A DNA stretch of 37,635 nt from Holosporales bacterium (GTDB lineage: Bacteria; Pseudomonadota; Alphaproteobacteria; UBA3830; JAIRMZ01), in the NCBI GenBank assembly GCA_031279495.1, contig JAITIJ010000032.1:1-37635 (forward strand), given 5' to 3'. The notes under the pieces were generated by a model. The model was not told the DNA's origin. It did no database searches and saw only the letters and a list, made by a program, of their open reading frames with translations. Positions 7,762-16,426 of the stretch are shown here, in pieces; position 1 is the first letter of the stretch, and each line of letters begins with the position of its first letter. The translations under genes and the position numbers were made by a program.

Positions 7762-8265
7762 ATGAAAAGACTCAGTAAACGAGAAAGGATATGTATGCGT
7801 AGTAACTTGTTTGTATCTGTGGCGCTATTTGCGTGTACGGCTATGTATGTCAATGTAGTATTAGGACAAGAGGATTCTGCAACTGCTACGGTCCCGACGG
7901 CAGAGGCAGCAGCAATTCCTGGGGCAGGTGCAGAGCCTCCAAGAGAGGTACCAGCAGCAGAGCCTACTGAGGTTCCTGAAAGCACAGCAGTAGGTTCTGC
8001 ATCTCCTACATCTGAAGAAAAGAACATGTTGGCGGCACCAGAACCAGAGAAGAAAGGTCGCCACAAGAGAAGGCGGCATAAAAAGCGGCATCGTCAGACA
8101 GATCCGGGGTCGCTGCCAACCCCAGAGACACTAGCAGTAGATCCTGCATCTGGAAAGGATCCATCGGCGACACCAGAACCCGAGAAGAAGGGTCGCCACA
8201 AGAGAAGGCGGCATCGTCACGAGGAATCCATCACACCGGCTGTGGAATCTCCTAGCCCAAATTAA
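7762..8265 (+). CDS. Secreted Pro/Glu/Ala-rich protein with two copies of a basic 'PEPEKKGRHKRRRH' motif
   Basis: The signal-peptide-like N-terminus is 'MKRLSKRERICMRSNLFVSVALFACTAMYVNVVLGQ'. The start could be ATG 7762 or ATG 7795, and both have AAGG-type RBS. A stem-loop follows at 8281-8314. Confidence 0.55.
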   Translation: MKRLSKRERICMRSNLFVSVALFACTAMYVNVVLGQEDSATATVPTAEAAAIPGAGAEPPREVPAAEPTEVPESTAVGSASPTSEEKNMLAAPEPEKKGRHKRRRHKKRHRQTDPGSLPTPETLAVDPASGKDPSATPEPEKKGRHKRRRHRHEESITPAVESPSPN

Positions 8266-8280
8266 TAGTTTTTGTGTCGA

Positions 8281-8314
8281 AGCAAGGGGAGAGGCGTTTG
8301 TCTCTCTCCTTGCT
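8281..8314 (+). terminator. Stem-loop downstream of the secreted-protein gene
   Basis: AGCAAGGGGAGAG / CTCTCTCCTTGCT forms a 13-bp stem with one G-U pair and an 8-nt loop. It is followed by TGTTG. Confidence 0.5.
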
Positions 8315-8646
8315 TGTTGAAGGCTCTCCTGGCTCAGAAAACTCCATGCGGAAATTGATAGAATAGTTGGAGGTATGAAGTAGAGAGGATCGCCTTCTCG
8401 ACAGAGAAAGGACCTGTCCTAGCAGATGTACTACACGCTACTTACGAGTACTCTATTGCTAACACTCGTCCGAGAAGACCTGTGTCGCATTAGGAACACA
8501 ATACAACCGATAAGGACAACAAATAGTTATGCTCTTCTTCCTTGCGCAGGATTTAGATGGAGGGAATGAATTTCCTTTTATCTATTCCGTTCCTGAAGCG
8601 TTTCGCAACGCGTTCTGACGTTTCCTTGTAACCGCATCCGTAAGAT

Positions 8647-8677
8647 GGAGAGGCCCTCTCCCAGCCTCTTTTTTTTG
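8647..8677 (+). terminator. Rho-independent-type terminator with no annotated upstream gene
   Basis: A GC-rich hairpin (AGAGGC...GCCTCT, or the alternative GGAGAG/CTCTCC) is followed directly by a run of 8 T. Confidence 0.5.
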
Positions 8678-9096
8678 TTTGTTGACCAGTTTGGTTAGAA
8701 TCTTAGAAAGACATAATTTTGCTAGTCTGGAGTCAAAACTTTTTGGATATCTATATAAGTGGTATGCTTTCAGTTTTCTGCGTAAGCGTTATGTCAGTGT
8801 GGCCGCGCCCTCATGACTGTATTTAATAACAGGGAAGACATGAGAGCCCCGCGACACTACGCCGCGGCTATTCCTAATTGTCGCAAGGGCGTAGATGCAC
8901 CTACACACCACTTACGCATAACTTCTCAAAGTACGCACTTGTACTAAGGTTGCTGCGCATACCCCCGTTACAAAAAGGTAGCCACACTAACATCACTCTT
9001 ACGAATAACGTTCCACGAAAAGACTCGTCCGGAAAGACTTTTCGGAATGGAAATAATGAATGGAAAAAAATAATAAAAAGTGGAAAATAAGAAAGA

Positions 9097-9421
9097 TTGA
9101 GAAGTGAGAAAGAACAATTGCTCTTTAAGGCAGAAAATGCCCCATTCTTCCTAGGAGGAAAGGAGAGCAATAAAAAAACAAAGAACACAAAGAGAAACAT
9201 GAAAAGCAGGAAGGAGAAACATGAAAAGCAGGAAGGAGAAACAGGGAAAGATGCTTGGGAAAAAACCAGAAGAAAAGGAGAAAAAGCAATTGCTCCTTGA
9301 GGTAGAGCATTCTTCCTCTTCTCACCAAGAAAAAATGGGGTGGAGGATAGACACCGCAGATCTACTGGTGTCTGAAGACCCCGGCGCTGTAAAAGAAAAA
9401 GACCCACCCCTTTGCAAATAA
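9097..9421 (+). pseudogene. Small Lys/Glu-rich ORF split by a 22-bp tandem duplication
   Basis: ORFs 9097-9300 and 9221-9421 are in different frames. Removing one 22-bp repeat unit joins them into one reading frame of about 100 aa. The start is TTG and the composition is low-complexity, so coding status is uncertain. Confidence 0.25.
9192..9246 (+). repeat. 22-bp direct tandem repeat, 2.5 copies (GAGAAACATGAAAAGCAGGAAG)
   Basis: Exact copies lie at 9192-9213 and 9214-9235, with a partial third copy. They sit in a purine-rich tract. Confidence 0.9.
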
Positions 9422-9770
9422 ATCCCAATAAGTCATATCTACCAACTTCTTGTCTAAAGCGTCATACTTTTTTTATTTGCTTTCAGTTGTCATGGGAGCA
9501 ATGCTGGACTCATTTAGGTTTTGTCCGTGAATTCTAACCACATTCTAAACGCAAGATCAGAGTTCAGTTGCACTGACTCATGAACCAACCACCGCTCCAA
9601 CTCCAACTTTATTGAAACTTTAACAATGTCATACCCGTGTGAATTAATAGCCCTTTTGCAAAATGGCCTCTTATCCTTAGAAATATGCTCAGAAACTCTA
9701 TAATTTCCGTTATCTACTTTCGAGAAATCAAGAAATCTCTACGCAATGGTTTCTTAGCAGAAATCAGATT

Positions 9771-9797
9771 TTACAAATTTTGTAAAAAGTGTATAAT
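9771..9797 (+). promoter_or_regulatory. Possible sigma70-type promoter of the BI-1 family gene
   Basis: TTACAA (9771-9776) and a perfect TATAAT (9792-9797) lie about 30 nt upstream of ATG 9827. The 15-nt spacer is shorter than optimal. Confidence 0.35.
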
Positions 9798-9826
9798 AGA
9801 GGATGTTTAGTACAAGAGTATAAACA

Positions 9827-10540
9827 ATGGAGAGAAAAATGAGAGAATATCCTTACACGAGCGAGGTTGTAGAGTCAGTTGATGCTGGGCTACGACGTTA
9901 TATGCAGCGTATTTACGCTTACATGGGTATAGGGCTTGCTTTAACAGGAGCTATGGCCTTCTTAGTAAGCCATTCGATAACGCTGCTGACTTTGTTTCTG
10001 GGAACACCCTTGCGTTGGGTTGTTCTGCTAGCTCCGTTAGGTATTGTGATGTTTCTAAGTGTGCGTCTGCCGCATCTATCGTTTACGGCTGCTCAAGCAA
10101 CATTCTGGAGCTACGCTGCAATGATGGGGATTTCGTTATCCTCGATCTTTTTGGTGTACACCCAAGAGAGCGTTGCCTTGACGTTCTTTGTCACGGCCTC
10201 GACATTTCTGGCGATGAGCCTTTATGGCTATGTAACACAGAAATCGCTTATAGGCATGGGAGCCTTTTTGATGATGGGTGTATGGGGTCTTGTTATCGCC
10301 TCGCTTGTCAATATGTTGTTTCAAAGTTCTGCGTTTCAGTTCTGTTTATCTGCTCTTGCTGTAGTCATTTTCTCAGGATTGACTGCTTATGACACGCAAG
10401 AGATGAAACATCTTTACTATGAACTGGATTCTCATGAAACCTCTGGCAAGAAAGCCATCTGGGGAGCACTTCGTTTGTATTTGGATTTCATAAATATTTT
10501 TGTGAGTCTATTAAACGTTCTTGGAGATCGACGCTCCTAA
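9827..10540 (+). CDS. Bax inhibitor-1 / YccA family inner-membrane protein
   Basis: 237-aa polytopic membrane ORF. The N-terminal 'DAGLRRYMQRIYAYMGIGLALTG' and C-terminal 'LYLDFINIF' are typical of the UPF0005/BI-1 family. Confidence 0.8.
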   Translation: MERKMREYPYTSEVVESVDAGLRRYMQRIYAYMGIGLALTGAMAFLVSHSITLLTLFLGTPLRWVVLLAPLGIVMFLSVRLPHLSFTAAQATFWSYAAMMGISLSSIFLVYTQESVALTFFVTASTFLAMSLYGYVTQKSLIGMGAFLMMGVWGLVIASLVNMLFQSSAFQFCLSALAVVIFSGLTAYDTQEMKHLYYELDSHETSGKKAIWGALRLYLDFINIFVSLLNVLGDRRS

Positions 10541-11144
10541 CGGATGAACGGCGCTCGTTAATATTTGGGGCTGGGCCTTGGTTGGTTTGGCTCCTTTTCA
10601 ATCTCACGAGCGCCATGTTTTGCTTTGAGTTATCTTGAATAAACGTAGTTCTGAAGAATGGTGGTCTTTTATTCTGTGCTCAGTTGCGTTGAACTCCTGA
10701 GTTAGGATTAACACAATTGCATTGTGCTAGCATCTTTTTCGAAGAAGTAAAGGAGATGGACAGGACCAGACGCGTATTAAATTAATCAGATCCTATTTGT
10801 GAAAAGATAAATGAAGAGATAGAGTTAAGATGACAAGGAAGGTGTGCAACTGGTCCTGCTAATTAGTCTTGCCAATTAAAAAACTTGTTAAAAACTTGCT
10901 GAACTTGACGGAAGAAGAGGGAATCCTTTCTCCCTTTATCTTCCTCTCTTGCAAGAGGGGGGCATTGGTTCTACGTGAGAGACAATGCGTCAATAATCTT
11001 CCTTCAATTTACAATACCTTCTTTTTATTATAGTCTTGATTTTACTTTCTCAAAATAGAGTATTATTTGCTTAACAGGAGCTTCGAGAGAGGCTATATGT
11101 TTAATTTAGGTGATAGTTTTTCTATTGAAATGAGGAGATAAAAA

Positions 11145-11576
11145 ATGAAACATACGTCTAGTTTATTAGCATGTATGTTTATACTTGCAGCTTCTGGAAC
11201 GAACGCAATGAACGATGGAGGGAATCTCAGCATTTTAGTGGAGCGTCTAGGCGCAGGCGATCGTGGAGCGGCAGAAGCCCTTTTGAGACTTCCTGATGCA
11301 ATACCGCCTGATATCTGGGCTCGAGCTGTTCTTTTTGTCGGTTGGAGGAACCTACCGCCTCGGATGATGACACCAATAGAACCAAACTTGCCATATATCG
11401 CTGCTAGCAGGTTCTTTCAGGATCAGGAGCTCTTTAGACAAGCGGCTGCAGGAATGGCAGACCCTATGGCCTTCGACATGTTTCGGGATGCAGTGGTTCA
11501 ATACGCCCTCGCTCATGAAGCAGAAATGCCTCCAGAGCACGTACAAAAGGCTCGGCAACTGGCTAAAAGGCAATAA
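11145..11576 (+). CDS. Hypothetical secreted protein
   Basis: 143-aa ORF with a strong RBS (GAGGAGATAAAAAATG) and the signal peptide 'MKHTSSLLACMFILAASGTNA'. I recognise no family. Confidence 0.5.
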   Translation: MKHTSSLLACMFILAASGTNAMNDGGNLSILVERLGAGDRGAAEALLRLPDAIPPDIWARAVLFVGWRNLPPRMMTPIEPNLPYIAASRFFQDQELFRQAAAGMADPMAFDMFRDAVVQYALAHEAEMPPEHVQKARQLAKRQ

Positions 11577-11737
11577 GACCTTTGCGAGAATGAGAGGATA
11601 GGGAGAATAAAGGAGGAGGATAAGACGCTCATCAGTTCAAAGGCAGGCGAACAAAGCTTTCCCTGAGAGAGTCAAACAATCCTTCCCTCCTTTTCTCCCC
11701 TTTGTCTGCTCAACAAAGGACCCAATGCAGACGCGCG

Positions 11738-12136
11738 TTAGCTTTTGCAAATCTTCCCAATGCACGCTGGAAAGCAGCTCGCGCGACACGATGCATTGAT
11801 GCAAGCGAGCGTTACTAACGAAGTAAAAAGCTTCTGATCATCACGGAAGATGTCTTGTTTAAAGGTAAGCCGCGTAGAGGTTTTAGAATCAACAATGGTA
11901 ACAATTTCCAACTGATCATCAAGGTAAGCAGGAGAAATGTAGGTCATGCTGCACTTGGCGACAACAAAAAAGGCACCGTGTTCTTGCGCCAGCATGCGGT
12001 GATGTATGCCATTCGCTCGTAAAAATTCTGTCCGTGCACGTTCGATAAACCGAAGATAATTGGCGTAATAGACAATTCCCTCTGCATCCGTGTCTTCATA
12101 ATAGACTCGACAAGAAAAACGGTGTTCTGTGGTCAT
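11738..12136 (-). CDS. ybgC: YbgC / 4-hydroxybenzoyl-CoA thioesterase family acyl-CoA thioesterase
   Basis: The 'RVYYEDTDAEGIVYYANYLRFIERARTEFLR' hotdog-fold signature is present. The start is set to ATG 12136, which overlaps the gap stop as ATGA. Confidence 0.8.
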   Translation of the reverse strand: MTTEHRFSCRVYYEDTDAEGIVYYANYLRFIERARTEFLRANGIHHRMLAQEHGAFFVVAKCSMTYISPAYLDDQLEIVTIVDSKTSTRLTFKQDIFRDDQKLFTSLVTLACINASCRASCFPACIGKICKS

Positions 12137-13149
12137 AGAATCTGTGCTGCCCAAAAGCGTGCAACGTCTAACATACGGCAAGCAAAGCCCCATTCATTGT
12201 CATACCAAGCCATGACGCGGCAAAGAGAGTCAACCACGACCTGTGTGCTTAGTAGATCCACGGTAGCACTTGCTTGCGCATGGATAAAGTCGCTAGAAAC
12301 CAAGGGCTCATCCGATAATGCTAAAATACCCTTTAAATTGCTCTCTGCTGCACGCACAAAGGCGTTGTTTACATCTGCAGCCGTTACAGACTGACTAAGA
12401 ACAAATACACCATCAATCAGAGAGACATTGGGCGTAGGAACACGAATCGCTGTACCGTCTAATTTCCCTTGCAAAGTCGGAATAACAAGCCCAACAGCTT
12501 TTGCCGCTCCTGTTGAGGTAGGAATCATATTTACAGCGGCAGCGCGTGCACGCCGGAGGTCTTTATGTGCAGCATCAACCGTACGTTGATCGCCTGTATA
12601 AGCATGTATCGTTGTTACGTATCCTTTTTCTATCCCAAAGGCTTGCTGCAAAACAAACGCAACAGGAGCCAAACAATTTGTCGTGCAAGAGGCATTTGAG
12701 ACGATCTGATGTTGTGCAGATAGTCCCGTGTGGTTTACTCCATAGACTGTTGTATAATCCACCTCTTGCCCCGGAGCAGAGATAAGCACACGTGTGGCGC
12801 CAGCTTTAAGATGTCGCGCTGCCTCAGAGCGTTTGGTAAAGCGTCCGGTGCATTCAAACACCATATCGATGGCGTGTGCTTTCCAAGGAAGTTCCTCTGG
12901 GGTAGAGATACTGGTTAGAGCGATGCAAGCGCCATCAACGCACAATGTACAGCGATCTTTCAGTTTGATATCGGCAGGCAGAATGCCGTGTACAGAATCG
13001 TGTTTGAGCAAAAATACGGCAGCTTCTGGCGTGATAACATCGTTGACAACAACAACTTGGATATCAGTGCAACGCGTCTCTTGAATGGCGCGTAAAATAA
13101 GGCGTCCGATCCGACCGAATCCATTAATAGCAACGCGCAACGGCATCAA
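12133..13149 (-). CDS. gap: Glyceraldehyde-3-phosphate dehydrogenase, type I
   Basis: 'VAINGFGRIGR' NAD-binding motif, 'SNASCTTNCLAP' active site and 'WYDNEWGF'. Confidence 0.95.
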   Translation of the reverse strand: MMPLRVAINGFGRIGRLILRAIQETRCTDIQVVVVNDVITPEAAVFLLKHDSVHGILPADIKLKDRCTLCVDGACIALTSISTPEELPWKAHAIDMVFECTGRFTKRSEAARHLKAGATRVLISAPGQEVDYTTVYGVNHTGLSAQHQIVSNASCTTNCLAPVAFVLQQAFGIEKGYVTTIHAYTGDQRTVDAAHKDLRRARAAAVNMIPTSTGAAKAVGLVIPTLQGKLDGTAIRVPTPNVSLIDGVFVLSQSVTAADVNNAFVRAAESNLKGILALSDEPLVSSDFIHAQASATVDLLSTQVVVDSLCRVMAWYDNEWGFACRMLDVARFWAAQIL

Positions 13150-13253
13150 CCTCTTCCTTTCTGCTCATTTCGATAGACAGTGGCCATACTACCTCTATTC
13201 AGAGGTTTTGTCGTTAGTGTCTACAATACGCCTCTTCGGTGATCATCTTCTCG

Positions 13254-14054
13254 TTAGAATGGGAAGAGAGCATCTAACAGCTGGGTGCCATAGCGTGGTT
13301 CTTGAACATTTGACATAGCACCTCTCCCTCCATAAGAAATACGCGCTTCTGCGATACGATTGCAGGGAATCGTGTTATCAGAATCGATGTCTTCGGGGCG
13401 AACAATACCGGCAATAACCAACTCTCGACATTCTCGATCGACTCCAAATTCTTGGCGTCCAAAAATAACTAGATTACCGTTTGGCAAGATCTGAATAACC
13501 GTTGCTGCAACATAGGTTGTTATTTTCTCATAGCGATTGATTTTCGCTGTTGCATTGTGCTGTGGCGTACTAGTGATATCTAAAAGCTCTTTGCCGCTTG
13601 CACCAACGGGCATCACTTTCTTAAGAAGAGTGTCTTTTCCCATAAAACCGCTTGCGTCAACTTTTTCAGAGTGGCTACGATTGAGTGTTGTGTTGTTCTG
13701 CAGATCTGCTTTGTCCTCGAGTTCTACCTTGACTGTAAGAATATCCCCAACTCGGCATGCACGCTGATCCTTAAAGAAAGACCGAGAACCCGCTATCCAT
13801 AAAGAATTCGGCATCTTTTTCGATGACGACGGTTGCGGCATAGGCATCGTTATTTTTTTGTAATCGGGGAGTGTTGCCGGATTACGAATCTTTGTCAATC
13901 GAGGTTTGTCTCCGATTATGGCCAGACGGTCTTGCACTCCCACACAAGCACTTAGGATAAAAAAAACATTCCCAAAAACAAATCTCCTTAGAGCTGTTTT
14001 GAATTTCCATGTATATTTTTTTTTAAATAGGAGTGATGTCGATAATTTTATCAT
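13254..14054 (-). CDS. flgH: Flagellar L-ring lipoprotein FlgH
   Basis: Lipobox 'ILSAC', plus 'SLW..GSRSFFKDQRA.RVGDILTV' and C-terminal 'ISYGG.G' FlgH motifs. Confidence 0.85.
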   Translation of the reverse strand: MIKLSTSLLFKKKYTWKFKTALRRFVFGNVFFILSACVGVQDRLAIIGDKPRLTKIRNPATLPDYKKITMPMPQPSSSKKMPNSLWIAGSRSFFKDQRACRVGDILTVKVELEDKADLQNNTTLNRSHSEKVDASGFMGKDTLLKKVMPVGASGKELLDITSTPQHNATAKINRYEKITTYVAATVIQILPNGNLVIFGRQEFGVDRECRELVIAGIVRPEDIDSDNTIPCNRIAEARISYGGRGAMSNVQEPRYGTQLLDALFPF

Positions 14055-14691
14055 TATACACTATGCCTTCTATGATCTTCCCCGATTGCGTGTTTACAAC
14101 GCGAATCGTATCGCCACAGCCTCCATCCTCAAGAGCTTTTCCGCGTATAGTTGCCTGTAAATTCTGCATTTGTACGCGCAAAACGACAGAAGCGTTCCGC
14201 CGAATGACAACAGGATTCCGAATATCCGCAAAACGAATTGGGACTGTAGCACGCATAGCAAGACGTGCTATTTTTCCTATGACTTCCTCCGGATTTCGGA
14301 TCACATCTTGCCTGATGTGGTTTTCGCGGACTTCTGTCCAGTCAAGGTCTTCCGTGAAAATAGTCTCTCCGGCATGCTTAGAAGCCACTAGAGTAGGAAC
14401 TCGCACAGTGCGGACAACTTGTGCATCAGCTGGGGATGCTGCTCTTTCAACCCATACGGAGCACATATTCTCACACGATAAGCGATACCGCTGTGCCAAT
14501 GTTTTTAAAAAAGAAACGGGAATTTCTTGACGCTGTCCACAAGAAGGTGCTGGCATGACGGCAACATCTTGGGTTCCCTCTGGTAACTCAAAAAGATCGC
14601 TCAAATATACCTCTTCTTTGTGCACAATGATATCTGCATGTCCAGATACCTGGAGAAACAAGAACAACAAGGAAACGCAATATCTCGCCAT
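14023..14691 (-). CDS. flgA: Flagellar basal-body P-ring formation protein FlgA
   Basis: Signal peptide and SAF-like region, with C-terminal 'GDTIRVVNTQSGKIIEGIV'. It sits between flgG and flgH. Confidence 0.75.
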   Translation of the reverse strand: MARYCVSLLFLFLQVSGHADIIVHKEEVYLSDLFELPEGTQDVAVMPAPSCGQRQEIPVSFLKTLAQRYRLSCENMCSVWVERAASPADAQVVRTVRVPTLVASKHAGETIFTEDLDWTEVRENHIRQDVIRNPEEVIGKIARLAMRATVPIRFADIRNPVVIRRNASVVLRVQMQNLQATIRGKALEDGGCGDTIRVVNTQSGKIIEGIVYNDKIIDITPI

Positions 14692-14702
14692 TTACAATCT
14701 GC

Positions 14703-15488
14703 CTACATTTTCGGAATGAGTTCCATCATCTTGTCTGATGTTTCAACGACCTTTGAGTTGAACTCGTAAATCCGCTGCGCAGCAATAAGCTCCGTTAGCT
14801 CTTGAATGATGTTAACGTTAGAGGATTCCACAAAACCCTGTAGAACCGTACCCATGCCATTTGCGCCAGGATAAGCTGTAACTGGTGACCCAGAAGCGCT
14901 TGTTTCTGCATAAAGATTCTGCCCAATGGGCTTTAATCCGCCAGCGTTTGGAAATGTCGCGAGCTCAATCTGTCCTAGATTTTGCATAGCAGTCTGTCCA
15001 GGAAGTTTAGCAAAAATCTGACCATCGCCGTTGACTGTGATCTCTAAAGCGCCTTCAGGAATCGTGATATGAGGAGAAAGAGGATACCCCTCTGGCGTTG
15101 TTAGTACTCCATCAGGATTAACTTCTAAGGTGCCTGCACGTGTATAAGTAACGATGCCATCGGGTTGTTCTATCTGAAAAAAGCCGCGACCTTCGATAAC
15201 AATATCTAAAGGCCTGTCCGTTTTTGTTATCATGCCAGGTTCATGTGAACGGATAACAGATGCTAGTTTTACACCAAGCCCTTGGACACGTCCCGACAAG
15301 TCTAATGTATTATCTGATGTAGGCGCTCCCACAGCGCGCTGAACTTGATAAGTCAAATCTTGGAAAAGAGCCATAGCTTTTCGAAAACCAGGTGTATTGG
15401 CGTTAGCGATATTGTTTGCAATGATATCGACACGCTGTTGTTGTGCTGCCATGCCTGTTGATGCAATTGTTAACGACCTTGAAGACAC
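14703..15488 (-). CDS. flgG: Flagellar basal-body distal rod protein FlgG
   Basis: N-terminal 'ASTGMAAQQQRVDIIANNIANANTPGF' and C-terminal 'LQGFVESSNVN...ELIAAQRIYE' rod-protein motifs. 261 aa. Confidence 0.9.
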   Translation of the reverse strand: MSSRSLTIASTGMAAQQQRVDIIANNIANANTPGFRKAMALFQDLTYQVQRAVGAPTSDNTLDLSGRVQGLGVKLASVIRSHEPGMITKTDRPLDIVIEGRGFFQIEQPDGIVTYTRAGTLEVNPDGVLTTPEGYPLSPHITIPEGALEITVNGDGQIFAKLPGQTAMQNLGQIELATFPNAGGLKPIGQNLYAETSASGSPVTAYPGANGMGTVLQGFVESSNVNIIQELTELIAAQRIYEFNSKVVETSDKMMELIPKM

Positions 15489-15499
15489 GCGATCCTCCC

Positions 15500-16267
15500 T
15501 TAAGCAATCTTTACTAAACGGTCTATGGAATCATCTTGCCGCTCTTTATGGGAATTCATGGCGTACTGAATTTCTTGATAACGGCGCAAAATTTCTATCA
15601 TTTTTGTCATTTCATGAATGGGATTTATGTTGGCTTGTTCAAGCATACCTTGTAGAATTTCTGTGCTATCGCTGGTAGAGGGGTTCTCTTTAGCACTAAA
15701 TAAGTTATGTCCTTCTGGAACAAGATCTTGTTCGTCTTTGAAGGTATAAGCTTTGATCACCCCTATAACATGCTGATCTGCTGAAACTGTTCCGTCTCGC
15801 GTTATTTCTATAAGCTTGGTCCCTTCTGGAACAACGATAGGCATGCCATCTTCTGCAAGAAGAGGGTCTCCGGAAGCTGTAACGATCTCGGATTCAGCGT
15901 TAAGCTCGAATACGCCACAGCGCGTATAATAAGTTCCCCACTTTGTTTGTATAGGAAAAAATCCCGAGCCATGAATCATCAAATGCAGAGGATTGCCAGT
16001 GTTTTTTCCTGGCCCTTCTGAAAAATCACGAAGGACCCCGCGCTCGACAACATAAGACAGGTTGTGATCGACACCCGCTGCTTTGATATGGTTGCCGAAA
16101 CACAGCTTCTCTCCTTTGTATCCTGGTGTACCGGCATTGGCGAGGTTCTGGGCGACAACTTCCATTGAGCGCCGCAGTGCCTTTTGTTGAGAAAGAGCAA
16201 CAAGAGATCCGCTATCCATGTACTGCACACTTTCAAAATAGATTACTTCTCTAAATGCAGGTTCCAT
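15500..16267 (-). CDS. flgF: Flagellar basal-body proximal rod protein FlgF
   Basis: Rod-protein N-terminal motif 'VAQNLANAGTPGYK' and C-terminal motif 'LEQANINPIHEMTKMIE..R.Y'. An alternative start at ATG 16219 gives the more typical N-terminus 'MDSGSLVALSQQ'. Confidence 0.8.
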   Translation of the reverse strand: MEPAFREVIYFESVQYMDSGSLVALSQQKALRRSMEVVAQNLANAGTPGYKGEKLCFGNHIKAAGVDHNLSYVVERGVLRDFSEGPGKNTGNPLHLMIHGSGFFPIQTKWGTYYTRCGVFELNAESEIVTASGDPLLAEDGMPIVVPEGTKLIEITRDGTVSADQHVIGVIKAYTFKDEQDLVPEGHNLFSAKENPSTSDSTEILQGMLEQANINPIHEMTKMIEILRRYQEIQYAMNSHKERQDDSIDRLVKIA

Positions 16268-16426
16268 GCCATTTCATAATACATTGAAAAATAATGAATA
16301 TTTTAAGGATGCGAGCTTGTGCCAGGAAAAAATGTCTACGCCATCAACTAATTGTTAACTTGATCGATACTATTTTTCTCCTCTGAAACAGCAGTACCGG
16401 AAACTGAGTGTGGCAAGGAAAATCTT

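Noticed and set aside
8901-9428. A 175-aa minus-strand ORF rich in Phe, Leu and Ser.
   Set aside because: It is the complement of a purine-rich tract, so its composition is an artefact of pyrimidine-rich codons. It has no RBS or family signal and includes the 22-bp repeat.
16310-16324. A sigma54-like element on the minus strand upstream of flgF (TGGCAC-AAGCT-CGCA).
   Set aside because: The -24 TGGCAC is perfect, but the GG-to-GC spacing is N9 rather than the required N10 and the -12 element is weak. The evidence is not sufficient to call it.
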